DNA of 64,000 nucleotides from Centroscyllium fabricii (taxonomy: Eukaryota). Positions 49,391 to 63,432 of this stretch are shown here, piece after piece. The translations under genes were made by a program, and so were the position numbers. The DNA lies in assembly GCA_051313645.2 (NCBI GenBank), contig JBNRSN020000009.1, positions 135,408,001 to 135,472,000 of the forward strand, given 5' to 3'. The notes under the pieces are model-generated. The model made no database searches and was not told where the DNA came from. It saw nothing but the letters and a program-made list of their open reading frames with translations. The first letter of the stretch is position 1, and each line of letters opens with the position of its first letter.

Positions 49391-50263
49391 ACGGCACACA
49401 CACGCTATAGGGCACAGCAGTGACATCCAGGCAATTCTGAATGCATCTTTACATCGCATTACAGGCAAACTCTGCTGAATTCTGCCTCATTAACCCTGAA
49501 GAGCCTGTCTGTTCTGAACAAGCGGGATTGACTGTCTGACCCACTGTCACAGAAGGTCGGGCAAGTGTGTCAATCAATGCCTCAACCGCACACACCAACG
49601 GAGTCTATACCCCTGAGGTTGGTTGGTTGAGAGGTTGGGGGGAAAAGTGAAAGCTTCCTATACAGCAAGAATGAGCACTAGTGGGGGGAGTGGTCAGGCG
49701 AGCAGTTCGCCGTACAGCAACAAGGGTTGCCCCAGTGTACATGGCCAGAACTGAAGCCCAGTGAGTCAACATTTATACCAACAAAATGTAACACTGAAGA
49801 GAAACCTGCAGCTGGATATTCCTTCAGTCACTAATGTGGCTGACAATCCAGTGAGTGCGAGAGAAGAACATTTTAAATCTTGGCAGGTCTGCATCTATAT
49901 TTTAAACAGCTAGATTTGAAAACAGAGGCTGCACCTTTGCTAAATGCAAGATACTCTGCCTGCAAGAAACAGATTGGGAAGCTGTTCACGAGTTAACAAA
50001 TAAAAGTTTTCTTTGAAGGTGAGCAGCCTGATGAAAATATTAACACGCGTAGCATTCATGGGACTGCTGTGTAATCTCCAATTGTCGTCATGCGGCAAGA
50101 TCGCCTGGTGGAATTGCGAAAAGTAAAACAAAAATACAACTGTTACAAGGCATTATTCCACTGTGAAAATTAACATTCTGTTAGGCTGATTTCTTGAAAG
50201 GAATTGCCAGAAGAAACTGGGTAAATAACAAACTCAAGTCATCCCGGTTTTGAAATTGCAATA

Positions 50264-50785
50264 CAGGTTGAGCACCGTTAATCCGGCAGGGTCAGGACCA
50301 GCACCCTGCCGAATTTTTGAAAACACCGAATGATTGAAGCTTCGGCGGCGCATGTGCAGAGCATTCAAAATGGCCACCGCAAAATTTTCACTGCTCTGCG
50401 CACTCGATTCTGCTGCCCATGGCGGATCAGGGAGTGGGCTGCACGGCTCCAGCGGGCCCGACGCCACCACACATCAGCTTCGGAACGCGGCGACGTCAGC
50501 ACACAGCCAGGCAGGAGCCTCCGGCAGCGATGGCGTTTTGGCTGTATCGCGTCCTGCGAAAGGTGGCTGGCACAACAGCTCATCTTCTGGGCCTGGGATT
50601 CACCATCGGCATCAGGGTGGTCACTAAGCCGGGATCCAGTGAGCATCTGTTAGGTGAAAGGGAAGCCCAGCCCCGACGGCAGCCATTTTGAATGGTCTGC
50701 GCATGCACCGGGCAGTCGGGAAAATCTGTGCCGGACGTCTGAAGGTGCCGGTTTTTCGGGTACCGGATTAACGGTGCTCAACCTG
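50264..50785. mobile_element. Tc1/mariner-pogo (Tigger-like) MITE
   Basis: Perfect 23-bp TIR CAGGTTGAGCACCGTTAATCCGG with TA on both flanks. Confidence 0.9.
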
Positions 50786-51232
50786 TAATGAATTGTGCTG
50801 TAAAGCATTGTGACTAGATTTCTGCTTCTGTGAAGCATTTTATTTATAAATAAATCTGAGGCAGTAGCTTAGCCTGTACGAAGCAGTTCAGCCATGTAAA
50901 TCTTTTCTGCTTTCGAAACTGACAACTGATGCAATGGGTATCCTATGTGTTGCCGAGTAAGCAATTTAACACGATCAGGGTTAATTATTAGACTGGGGCT
51001 ATGCTAATTCAGCGCGAGAGAGTAAAAGATCCAGGTTTCAATTTGTAAGTGACATGGTCTGCTTGTGGAAACTGTCATCACGCCATTTACAGGAGAAACA
51101 ATTGTTGGAAAAAGCCTGAGCTGTAACTGTGAGTGTAGGACAGGTTTCCCCGTTTTGTACTCACACTTGGCATTTTGCTCACAAGAGTGGTGGGAGGGAA
51201 ATCTACCCGCCGGTATTTAAACTTTTACTCAC

Positions 51233-51274
51233 ATCTTTGGCGAGGAGTCGTTTAAGTTTTCCTTTCTGTTCCAG
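51233..51274 (-). CDS. RRP9: RRP9 coding exon (42 nt)
   Basis: tag|CTG GAA CAG...AAA GAT|gtgagt; LEQKGKLKRLLAKD vs human LEQRGRLQKLVAKE. Confidence 0.92.
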
Positions 51275-52979
51275 CTACAAAGAGACACAACAAAAATCAA
51301 AAATAAGCATGACATAACTGGAAAGACATTCCACCACGGTGTATGTTTTTACACTACAAAGTAAAAACAATTCAACCACATAGAAAATCCAAGGTTAATA
51401 ATTAGTGGATGAACTTTAAAAGACCCTTGAGCTACAGAGTCTCTCACCTCTGGGACCTGGCCAACTCCGATAGGATTAAAGTCTGCTCTCTAACAGCAAG
51501 CGTCCGCTATAAAGCTGATCAGAAGTCTCTACCAAATGAGGGGCAGCACAAAACTGCCCACAAATCAGCACAAACCGATAGCAAACTAACCATCTCACCA
51601 AGAAGCACCATAGGAATTGTGGAAAACATTTAAACTGATGGAGAAGGCGCTCCTCTGGAGCCTTTGTTTTATAAAAGCTTCAGCAGTCGCTGTACAATGT
51701 CGCATCACACTGTAGATCATTTCTGAACACACAATGCCCGTCCTTAGAAGGTAAACTTATTATTCGTTTAAATCAAGGGCTACAATCCCAACCAATGCCA
51801 GAGGGCCAGTCTCAGCAACACTTCATGATGGGACGCGGGTTACTGCCTGTGATTCCCCGCATCGTGGACAGTTGTCAAAGAAGGGGTCAGGTACTTTTCC
51901 TAAAGGGAAAAGGAAAACAAACGATACAAAAAGTAAAAACACAGTAAGACTTGAGAAATTATAGATCATTTAGCCTAACATCTGTTGTTGGGAAATTACT
52001 AGAGTCTATAATTAAGGGTAGGGTGACTGCACACCGTGAACATTTTCAGTTGATCAGAGACAGCCAGCATGGATTTGTGAAAGGTAGGTCATGCCCATCG
52101 AACCTGATTGAATTTTTTGAGGTGGTGACTGGAGTAGTGGACGGGAATGTCGATGGATGTTGTTTATATGGACTTCCAGAAGGCATTTGATAAAGTCCCT
52201 CATAAGAGACTGTTAACTAAGGTAGAAGCCCACGGAGTTGAGGACCCATTATTGACCTGGTTAGGAAATTGGCCAAGCGGCAGGAGACAGGCAGTGGGGA
52301 TACTGGGCAGGTACTCAAATTGGCAGGTGACTAGCGATGTCCTGCAGGGATCTGTGTTGGGGCCTCAACTATGCACCGTATTTATTAACGACTTAGATGA
52401 TGGGATAGTGAGCCACATATCCACGTTTGCCGATGGCACAGAGACGGGCGGCATTGTAGATGGAAGCATAAAATTACAGAGAAATATCAACAGATTAAGT
52501 GAATGGGCAAAACTGTAGCAAATGGATTTCAATGTAGGCAAATGTGAGGTCATCCACTTTGGACCTAAAAAGGATAGACCAGGGTACTTGATAAATGGTG
52601 AAAGGCTAAAAACAGTGGAGGTCCAAAGAGACCTGGGGTTCAGGTACATAGATCATTAAAATGTCATGAACAGGTAGAGAAAATAATCAGAAAGGCTAAT
52701 GGGATGCTGGTCTTTATATCTGGAGGACTAGAATACAAGGGGGTAGAAGTTCTGCTGCAGCAAAACAAAGCCCTGGTTAGACCACACCTGGAGCACGGTG
52801 AGCGGTTCTGGGCACCGTACCTTGGGAAGGATATATTGGCATTTGAGGGAGTGCAGCGTAGGTTTACCAGAATGATACCCGGACGCCAGCGGTTAAATTA
52901 CGAGAGATGACAAACTAGGGTTGTATTCCCTGGAATTTAGAAGGTTAAGCAGTGATTTGATCGAAATTTTCAAGATATA

Positions 52980-55900
52980 TTGGTTTTAAGTAAATCCTAG
53001 GTAGTTAAATTTTAATAAATAAGTTACATTTTAGTAATAAAGTAATATAAGGGTTAAGTCATAGCAGGAGATCTCGGACCCGTGTCGTGCTCCTCCTGTG
53101 CCATGTGGGAAGTCATGGAGCTGCGGATGGACTCACTCTGGAGCATCCGCGATGCCGAGAACTTTGTGGATTACTCATTTAGTGAGTTGGTCACACCGCA
53201 GGTAAAGGCTAGGTCAGATAGTAAATGGGTGACCAAGAGGCAGGGCAATATCGGGAAGGTAGTGCAGGAGTCCCCTGCGGTCGTCTCCCTCCAAAACAGA
53301 TGTACCGTTTTGGATACTGTTGGGGGAGATGACCTACCAGGGGAAGGCACCAGCAGCCAGGTTCATGGCACCATGGCTGGCTCTGCTGCACAGCAGGGCA
53401 GGAAAAAGAATGGTAGAGCTATAGTGATAGGGGACTCAATTGTAGGGGAATAGACAGGAGTTTCTGTGGCCGCAACCGAGATTCCAGGATGGTATGTTGC
53501 CTCCCTGGTGCAAGGGTCAAGGATGTCTCGGAGCGGCTGCAGAACATTCTGGAGAGGGAGGGTGAACAGCCAGCTGTCGTGGTGCATGTAGGTACCAACG
53601 ATATAGGTAAAAAGCGGGAAGAGGTCCTACAAGCAGAATTTAGGGAGCTAGGAGCTAAATTGAAAAGTAGGACCTCAAAGGTAGTAATCTCTGGATTGCT
53701 ACCAGTGCCACGTGCTAATCAGAGTAGAGAGAACAGGATAGCAAGATTAAATACGTGGCTTGAGCAGTGGTGCAAGAGGGAGGGATTCAAATTCCTGAGG
53801 CATTGGAACCAGTTCTGGGGGAAGTGGGACCTGTACAAAAGGGAGAGTCTGCACTTGGGCAGGACTGGAACCGATGTCCTCGGGGTAATATTTGCTAAGG
53901 CAGTTCGGGAGGATTTAAACGAATATGGCAGGGGAATGGGAACCCATGTAGCGAAACAGAGGGAAGTAATATGCAGTCAGAAACAAATGTTAGAAGGGTG
54001 AGAAACAATAGGGGAAGGCCGAGTAAACAAAGGCAAGAAACACAAAGGGCCATACTAAATCATAAGTCTAAAAGGGCAAAGGGTGTTAATAAAACAAGCC
54101 TAAAGGCTCTGTGTCTTAATGCAAGGAGTATCCGTAATAAGGTGGATGAATTGACTGTGCAAATAGATGTTAACGGATATGATGTGATTGGGATTACAGA
54201 GACGTGGCTCCAGAACAATCAAGGCTGGGAACTGAACATCCAGGGGTATTCAACATTCAGGAAGGAAAGAATAAAAGGAAAAGGGGGTGGGGTAGCATTG
54301 CTGGTTAAAGAGGAGATTAATGCAATAGCTAGGAAGGACATTAGCTTGGAGGATGTGGAATCAATATGGGTTGAGCTGCAGAACACCAAAGGGCAGAAAA
54401 CGTTAGTGGGAGTTGTGTACAGACCTCCAAACAGTAGTAGTGAGGTGGGGGAGGGTATGAAACAGGAAATCAGAGATGCGTGCAAAAAAGGCACAGCAGT
54501 TATCATGGGTGACTTTAATATGCATATAGATTGGGCTACTCAAACTGGAAGCAATATGGTGGAGGATTTCCTGGAGTGTTTAAGGGATGGCTTCCTAAAC
54601 CAATATGTTGAGGAACCAACTAGAGGGGAGGCCATCCTGGACTGGGTGTTGTGTAATGAGGGAGGACTAATCAGCAATCTTGTGGTGCGAGGCCCCTTGG
54701 GGAAGAGTGACCATAGTATGGTGGAGTTCTACATTAGGATGGAGAAGGAAACAGTTAATTCAGAGACCATGGTCCAAAACTTAAATAAGGGCAACTTTGA
54801 GGGTATGAGGCGTGAATTGGCGAGGTTAGATTGGCAAGCGATATTTAAGGGGTTATCAGTGGAAGGGCAATGGCAGACATTTAGAGATCGCATGGATGAA
54901 CTACAACAATTGTACATCCCTGTCTGGCGTAAAAATAAAAAAGGGAAGGTGGCTCAACCATGGCTAACAAGGGAAATCAGGGATAGTATTAAAACCAAGG
55001 AAGTGGCATACAAATTGGCCTGAAGTAGCAGCAAACTCGGGGACTGGGAGAACTTTAAAACTCAGCAGAAGAGGACGAAGGGTTTGATTAGGGCAGGGAA
55101 AATAAAATATGAAAGTAAGCTTGCAGAGAACATTAAAACGGACTGCAAAAGCTTCTATAAATATGTAAAAAGAGGTTAGTAAAAACAAACGTAGGTCCCC
55201 TGCAGTCAGAAACAGGGGAAGTCATAATGGGGAACAAAGAAATGGCAGATCAATTGAATAACTACTTTGGTTCGGTGTTTACTGAGGAGGACACAAACAA
55301 CCTTCTGGAAATAAAAGGGGTCAGAGGATCTGGTAAGAGGGAGGAGCTGAGGGAAATCCTTATTAGTCGGGAAAAGGTGTTGTGGAAATTGATGGGACTG
55401 AAGGCTGATAAATCCCCAGGGCCTGATGGTCTGCATCCCAGAGTACTTAAGGAGGTGGCCTTGGAAATAGTGGATGCATTGACGATCATTTTCCAACATT
55501 CCTTAGACTCTGGATCAGTTCCGATGGAGTGGAGGGTGGCTAATGTAACCCCTCTTTTTAAAAAAAGGAGGGAGAAAACAGGGAATTATAGACCGGTCAG
55601 CCTGACATCGGTGGTGGGTAAAATGATGGAATCAATTATTAAGGATGTCATAGCAGACCATTTCGAAAGTGGCGACATGATAGGTCCAAGTCAGCATGGA
55701 TTTGTGAAGGGGAAATCATGCTTGACAAATCTTCTGGAATTTTTTGAGGATGTTTCCAATAGGGTGGACGGGGGGGGAACCAGTAGATGTGGTGTATTTG
55801 GACTTTCAGAAGGCTTTCGACAAGGTCCCACACAAGAGATTGGGGTGCAAAGTTAAAGCACATGGGATTGGGGGTAATGTGTTGAAGTGGATTGAGAACT

Positions 55901-56987
55901 GGTTGGCACACAGGAAACAAAGAGTAGGAGTAAATGGGTACTTTTCAGAATGGCAGGCAGTGACCAGCGGGGTACCGCAAGGTTCAGTGCTGGGGCCCCA
56001 ACTGTTTACATTATATATTAATGATTTGGACGAAGGGATTAATTGTAGTATCTCCAAATTTGCGGATGACACTAAATTGGGAGGCAGTGTGAACAATGGG
56101 GAGGATGCTAGGAGGCTAGAGTGACTTGGACAGGTTGGTGAATGGGCAAATGTATGGCAGATGAAGTACAATGTAGATAAATGTGAGGTTATCCACTTTG
56201 GTGGTAAAAATAGAGAAACAGACTATTATCTGAATGGTGGCAGATTAGGGAAAGGGGAGGTGCAACGAGACCTGGGCATCATGGTACATCAGTCACTGAA
56301 GGTGGGAATGCAAGTGCAGCAGGCGGTCAAGAAAGCAAATGGCATGATGGCCTTCATAGCAAGGGGATTTTAGTACAGGAGTAGGAAGGTGATGCTACAG
56401 TTGTACAGGGCCTTGGTGAGGCCACACCTGGAGTATTGTGTGCAGTTTTGGTCTCCTAACTTGAGGAAGGACATTCTTGCTATTGAGGGAGTGCAGCGAA
56501 GGTTCACTAGATTGATTCCTGGGATGGCCAGACTGACATATCAAGGAAGACTGGATCAACTGAACTTGTACCCTCTGGAGTTCAGAAGAATGAGGGGGGA
56601 TCTTATAGAGACGTTTAAAATCCTGACTGGTTTAAGACAAGTTAGATGCGGGCAGAATGTTTCCAATGTTAGGGAAGCTTAGAACCAGGGGTCACAGTCT
56701 AAGGATAAAGGGGAGGCCATTTAGGACTGAGATGAGGAGAAACTTCTTCACCCAGAGAGTGGTGAATCTGTGGAATTCTCTGCCACAGAAGGTTGTTGAG
56801 GCCAGTTCGCTAAATATATTCAAAAGGGAGTTAGATATAATACTCACAACTAGGGGGATCAAGGGGTATGGTGAGAAAGCAGGAGTGGGTTACTGAGGTA
56901 GCATGTTCAGCCATGAACGCATTAAATGGCGGTGCAGGCTCGAAGGACCGAATGGTCTACTCCTGCACCTATTTTCTATGTTTCTAT
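52980..56987 (+). mobile_element. Near full-length CR1 (ORF1 SGNH esterase-like + ORF2), disabled
   Basis: ORF1 IVIGDS, VHVGTND; ORF2 LNARSIRNK to RT with premature stops and frameshifts; ttctatgtttcta tail. Confidence 0.93.
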
Positions 56988-57102
56988 ATTATGGGAAACT
57001 GATAAGGTAAGATAGAGAGAAACTATTTGTGCTGGTTGGTGATTCTAGGACAAAGGGACATAGTCTAAAAATTAGAGACAGGCCATTTGGGAGTGAAGTT
57101 CG

Positions 57103-60100
57103 GAACGGTCTGCATCTGTACGGGAATGGTACCGATGTCCTCGGGGTAATATTTGCTAGAACTGTTCGGGAGGATTTAAACTAATATGGCAGGGGGATGG
57201 GAACCTAGGAGAAGGGGGAAGTCATGGAAATAAATGGTAGAAGGGTGAGAAGCAATAGGCAAAGGCCAGAAACACAAAGGGCCAAACTAATTCATAAGGA
57301 GAGTGTGAAAAAAGCAAGCCTGAAGGCTTTGTATCTTAATGCAAGAAGCATTAGAAACAAGGTAGATGAATTAGCTGTGGAAATAGAGGTAAACGAGTAT
57401 GATTTGATTGGGATTACAGAAACATGGCTGCAGGGGGGGCAAGGCTGGGAACTTAACATCCAGGGGTATACAATATTTAGGAAGGATCGGCAAAAAAGAA
57501 AGGGAGGTGGGGTAGCATTGCTGGTGAAAGAAGGGATTAACGCAATTGAAAGGAAGGATATTAACTCTGATGATACGGAATCTATATGGGTAGAACTGAG
57601 AAATAGCAAGGGGCGGAAAACTCTAGTGGGAGTGGTATATAGGCCTCCAAACAGTAATATGGAGGTGGGGGAAGGCATAAAAAGGGAAATTAGAGAAGCG
57701 TGCAATAAGGGCACAGCTGTCATCATAGGTGACTTTAATTTACATATAGATTGGACTAGCCAAATTAGTAAAAGTACCGAGGAGGAGGAATTCCTAGAAT
57801 GTGTATGGGACGGTTACCTGGACCAATATGTCGAGGAACCAACTCGGGATCAGGCCATCTTAGACTGGGTATTGTGCAATGAGAAGGGACTAATTGGCAA
57901 TCTTGTTGTACGAGGCCCCTTGGGTCGGAGCGATCATAATATGATCGAATTCTCACTTGAGATGGAGAGAGAAGAAATTGACTCAGAGACTAAGGTCCTC
58001 AATTTAAATAAAGGGAATTATGATGGTATGAGAAGGGAATTAAGTAAGATCGATTGGGCGGTGTTTCTGGGGGGATTAATGGTGAATAGACAATGGCAAG
58101 CTTTCAAAGATAGAATGGAAGAATTACAGAACTTGTTTATACCGGTTTGGCATAAAAATAAACCTAAAAAGGTGACTCAGCCGTGGATAACAAGGGAAAT
58201 TAGGGACAACATAAAATCCAAAAAAGGACATATCAATTGGCCAAAAAAAGCACCAGACCTGAAGATTGGGAGCAGTTCAGGATACAGCAAAGGAGGACAA
58301 AGGGATTAATCAGGAGGGGGAAAATAATGATGAAAGTAAGCTTGCGGCAAACATAAAAACCGACTGCAAAAGCTTTTATAGGTATATCAGGAGGAAAAGA
58401 TTGGTAAAATCCCAAGTCGGTCCCTTGCGGTCCGATTCAGGGGAATATATAATGGGGAATAAGGAAATGGCAGACCAATTAAATTCATATTTTGGTTCTG
58501 TCTTCAACAAAGGAGGACACAAATAACCTCCCTGGGATATCGGGAAACATAGGGACGAATGCAAGGGAGGAGCTGACAGAAATCAGTATTTCTAAGGATA
58601 TGGTGTTGGGGAAGTTGAAGGGATTGAAGGCCGACAAATCCCCAGGGCCTGATAATCTACATCCTAGGCTACTTAAGGAGGTGGCCCTAGAGATAGTAGA
58701 TGCCTTAATAATCATTTTCAGGAACTCGATAGACTCGGGAACAGTACCCATGGATTGGAGGGTAGCAAATATTACCCCACTGTTTAAAAAAGGGGGTAGA
58801 GAAAAAGCAGGGAATTATAGACCAGTAAGCCTTACATCAGTAGTGGGCAAAATGTTAGAGTCCATTATTAAGGATGTAACAGCGGAGCACTTGACAAATA
58901 GGTACGGGATCGGACAGAGTCAACATGGATTTACAAAAGGTAAATCGTGCTTGACTAATCTATTGGAATTCTTTGAGGAAGTAACAGGTAAAATAGATGC
59001 GGGAGAGCCAGTAGATGTGGTGTACCTTGACTTCCAGAAAGCCTTCGATAAGGTCCCACATAAAAGATTAGCATGCAAAATCGAGGCTCATGGGATTGGG
59101 GGCAACGTATTGACATGGATAGAGAACTGGCTGGCAGATAGAAAACAGAGAGTTGGAATAAACGGCTCGTTTTCTGAGTGGCAGGCGGTGACTAGTGGGG
59201 TGCCGCAGGGATCTGTCCTGGGACCCCAGCTGTTCACAATATATATTAATGATCTGGACCAGGGAATTGGATGCAACATCTCCAAATTTGCAGATGACAC
59301 TAAACTAGGAGGGGGGGTGGGCTCTGAAGAGGATGTCAGGAAGCTCCAGTGCGATTTGGACAAGTTGGGGGAATGGGCGGATACATGGCAAATGCACTAT
59401 AATGTGGATAAATGTGAGGTTATCCACTTTGGGGGCAAAAACAGGAGGGCAGATTATTATTTAAATGGCAATAGATTGGGAGATGGGGAAGTGGAGAGAG
59501 ACCTGGGTGTTCTTGTGCACCAGTCACTGAGGGCGAGCATGCAGGTGCAACAGACGGTTAAGAAGGCAAATGGTATGTTGGCCTTCATATCAAGAGAGTT
59601 TGAGTACAGGAATAAGGATACCTTACTACAGCTGTACAAGGCACTGGTGAGACCACACCTTGAGTATTGTGTACAGTTTTGGTCGCCTCATCTGAGGAAG
59701 GATGTTCTTGCCATGGAAGGAGTGCAGCGGCGATTCACCAGGATGATACCTGGAATGGCAGGAATGACCTACGAGGAGAGATTGTGTAGATTGGGCCTGT
59801 ACTCGCTGGAGTTTAGAAGATTGAGAGGGGATCTCGTCGAAACATATAAAATTCTGACAGGCCTGGACAGGTTAAATTCAGAAAGAATGTTTCCAATGGT
59901 CGGGGAGTCCAGAACCAGGGGCCACAGTCTAAGGATAAGGGCCGATATGAGGAAAAATTTCTTCACCCAGAGAGTGGTGAGCCTGTGGAATTCCTTGCCA
60001 CAGAGGGCAGTGGAGGCCAGTTCATTAAATATATTTAAGAGGGAATTGGATATATTTCTTCAGGCTAAAGGGATTAAGGGCTATGGAGAGAAGGCGGGGA

Positions 60101-60224
60101 CAGGGTACTGAACTGGAAAGATCAGCCATGATCTCAGCCAAAGATCAGCCATGATCTCATTAAATGGCGGAGCAGGCTTGAAGGGCCGAATGGCCTACTC
60201 CTGCTCCTATCTTCTATGTTTCTA
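57103..60224 (+). mobile_element. 5'-truncated CR1 (ORF1 end + essentially whole ORF2)
   Basis: ORFs 57224..58309 (APE) and 58492..60111 (RT); a few frameshifts near 58220-58510. Confidence 0.93.
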
Positions 60225-60800
60225 TACTTCTACACAAAAAGAGTGGTAGAAGTTTGGCACTCTCTTCTGCAAATGGCAATTGATGTGAGATCAATTGTTA
60301 ATTTTAAACCCGAGATTGATGGATTTTTGTTAACCAAAGGTATTAGAGTAATAACGCAATGGCACAGGAGGCCGCCATTCGGCCCATCGAGTCCGTGCCG
60401 GCTCTGTCGAGCAATCCAGTCAGTCCCATTTCCCCGCTCTATCCCCGTAGCCCCGCAAGTTTATTTCCCTCAAGTGCCTTTCCCTTGAAAACATTGAGTG
60501 TCTCCACTTCTGCCAGCAGCGAGTTCCAGGTCCTCACCACTTGCTGTGTAAAAATGTTTTTCCTCACATCCCGCCTGTATCTCTTGCCATTAAGGGATAT
60601 GGGCCAAATGTGGGTATATGGAGTTAGGTTACAGATCAGCCATGATCTCACTGAATGGTGGAGCAGGCTCGAGGGGCTCAATGGCCGACTCCTGTTCCTG
60701 TGACTGAAACGGAGCCTTTCCACTTGCTCGATGGAAGCTGGGATGGTGTTGCTTTCTGATACATTTCCTTCCTGTCCTTTTAAAAGGCGGAGTTTCTTAC

Positions 60801-60853
60801 CACTTCCTCCTCCAGCCTGCCTCCGATCAGGTCACTCTCAAACTTCTCCTCTT
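60801..60853 (-). CDS. RRP9: RRP9 (U3-55K) internal coding exon, probably exon 4
   Basis: tttgcag|AA GAG GAG AAG TTT...GAA GTG|gtaaga; translates (E)EEKFESDLIGGRLEEEV, similar to human FEEDQVAGRLKEDV; ends phase 0. Confidence 0.88.
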
Positions 60854-60934
60854 CTGCAAACAGAAATGATCAGAATTACAGCAGCAGACCCCAGGACTGC
60901 TCAAAGACAAGGAGACAATACCCAGCTCATTACC

Positions 60935-61475
60935 AACCACACCGCCAATTTTTGTATCATCTGCAAACTACTTAATCACGTCCCCTACACTGAAGTCTAA
61001 ATCATTGATATATACACAAGAAGCAAGGGACCTAGGACTGAGCCCTGTAGAATCCCCTGGAAACAGAATTCCAGTCACAAAAACACCCGTCGACCATTAC
61101 CCTTTGTTTCCTGCCACTGAGCCAATTTTTGATCCAACTTGCCACTTTCCCTTGGATTCCATGGGCTTTTACTTTCATGACCAACATGCCATTTGCCTTC
61201 CTTATTGCTTGCTGTACCTGCATGCTAGATTTGTGTTTCGTGCACGAGGACACCAACATTTGAAAGTTTCTCACCATTTAAAAAAATATTGTTTTTCTAT
61301 TCTTCCTACCAAAGTGAATAACCTCACATTTCCCTATATTATACTCCATCTGCCACCTTACTGCCCACTCACTTAGTCTGTCTATATACCTTTGCAGACT
61401 GTGCTCTCCTCACAGCTTACTGTCCCACCTAGCTTTGTCAAAACCCTTGCTAAAATCCATGTAGACTACATCATA
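60935..61475 (-). mobile_element. Old CR1 RT fragment carrying a copied insert
   Basis: MKVKAHGIQGKVASWIKNWLSGRKQRV; 61181-61437 is a copy of 62166-62417. Confidence 0.75.
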
Positions 61476-62422
61476 CCCATCCTGTTGTGATAGTGTTCAG
61501 TAAAGCAATGGTTTGAGGGGCTGGGAGTGTTACACAATAGCGGATGGGAGGAACATAGGAGCAGGAGTCAGCCATATGGCCCCTCGTGCCTGCTCCGTCA
61601 TTCAATGAGATCATGACAGATCATCCACCTCAACTCCAGTTTTCTGCCCGATCTCCATATCCCTCGATTCCCCTACAGTCCAAAAATCTCTCTCAGTCTT
61701 GAATATACTCAAAGACTCAGCATCCACAACCCTCTGGGGCAGAGAATTCCAAAGATTCACAACCCTCTGAGTGAAGAAATTCCTCCTCATCTCAGGCTTA
61801 AATGGCCGACCCCTTATCCTGAGACTATGCGCCCAACTCAAGCCACTCCAGCCAGGGAAAACAACCTCTCAGCATCTACCCTGTCAATCCCCTTCAGAAT
61901 CTTGTATGTTTTAATGAGATCACCTCTCATTCTTCTAAACTCCAGAGAGTATCGGCCCATTCTACACAATCGCTCATCATCGGACAGCCCTGTCATCCCA
62001 GGAATCAATCTCGTGAACCTTTGTTGCACCCCCTCCAAGGCAAGTATATCCTTAGATAAGGAGACCAAAACTGTGCACAGTACTCCAGGTGTGGTCTCAT
62101 CAAGGCCCTGAACAATTGTAGCAAGACTTCCTCACTCTTATACTCCAAGCCCCTTGCAATAAAGGCCAACATGCCATTTGCCTTCCTTATTGCTTGCTGT
62201 ACCTGCATGCTAGATTTGTGTTTCTTGCACGAGGACACCAACATTTAAAAGTTTCTCACCATTTAAAAAGATTCTGCTTTTCTATTCTTCCTACCAAAGT
62301 AAATAACCTCACATTTCCCAACATTATACTCCATCTGCCACCTTACTGCCCACTTAGTCTATCTATGTACCTTTGCAGACTGTGTTCTCCTCACAGCTTA
62401 CTGTCCCACCTAGCTCTGTATC

Positions 62423-62810
62423 ATAGAAACATAGAAACTAGGAGCAGGAGTAGGCCATTCAGCCCTTCGAGCCTGCTCCGCCATTCAATGAGATCATGGC
62501 TGATCATCCAAACCCAGCACCCCGCCCCTGCCCTCCCCCCATATCCCTATCAAGTCTGCACCGACACATATCCCACCCTATCCCCGTAACCCCACATATT
62601 TAATCCCCCGAACACTAAGGGTCAATTTATCATGGCCAATCAACCTAACCCGCACATCTTTGGACTGTGGGAGGAAACCGGAGCACCCGGAGGAAACCCA
62701 TGCAGACACGGGGAGAATGTGCAAACTCCAGACATAGTACCCAAGGCTGGATTTGAACCCGGGTCTCCAGAGCTGTGAGGCAACAGTGCTAACCACTGTG
62801 CCACCGTGCC
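62423..62810 (-). mobile_element. HE1-like V-SINE
   Basis: Same sequence family as the 11405 copy. Confidence 0.9.
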
Positions 62811-63432
62811 ACCTGGTCATCAGCAAACTTGGATACGTTACACTCGGTCCCTTCATCCAGGTCATTAATCTAGATTGTAAATAGCTGAGGCCCCAACACT
62901 GATCCTTGCGGCACCCCACTAGTTACAGCCTGCCAACCTGAAAAAGATCTGTTCATCCCTACTCTGTTTTCTGTCTATTGACCAATCCTCTATCCATGCT
63001 ACTATATTGCCCCCTATATTGCCCCCATGAGCCGTAATCTTGTGTAATAACCTTTTATGTGGCACCTTATCGAATACCTTTTGGAAATCCAAATATACTA
63101 CATCTACCGGTTCCCCTTTATCTACCCGGCTAGTTACATCCTCAAAAAACATAATAAATTTGTCAAACACTTTCATAAAACCATGTTGACTCTGCCTAAT
63201 CAAGTTATGATTTTCTAAGTGGCCTGATACCACTTCCTTAACTGTGGATTCCAGCATTTTCCTGACAACTGATGTCAGGCTAACTGGCCTGTAGTTCCCT
63301 GTAATTTCTCCCTCCTTTCTTGAATAGCGGTGTTACATTTGCGACCTTCCAATCCACTGGGACCTCTCCAGAATCTAGGGAATTTTGGAAGATCACAACC
63401 AATGCATCCACTATCTCTTCAGCCACCTCTTT

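Larger units (their letters stand above)
51950..60700 (+). mobile_element. Old CR1 RT region (51950-52977, 56988-57102, 60225-60345, 60590-60700) split by two younger CR1s
   Basis: NYR...LTSVVGK, DFQKAFDKVPH up to LIEIFKI; resumes after each insertion (DKVR...KGHSLKIR...; FYTKRVVEVWHSL). Confidence 0.8.

Noticed and set aside
1252-60800. Intronic snoRNAs, which are common in ribosome-biogenesis genes
   Set aside because: No convincing C/D or H/ACA structure was seen by eye. A cmscan would be needed.
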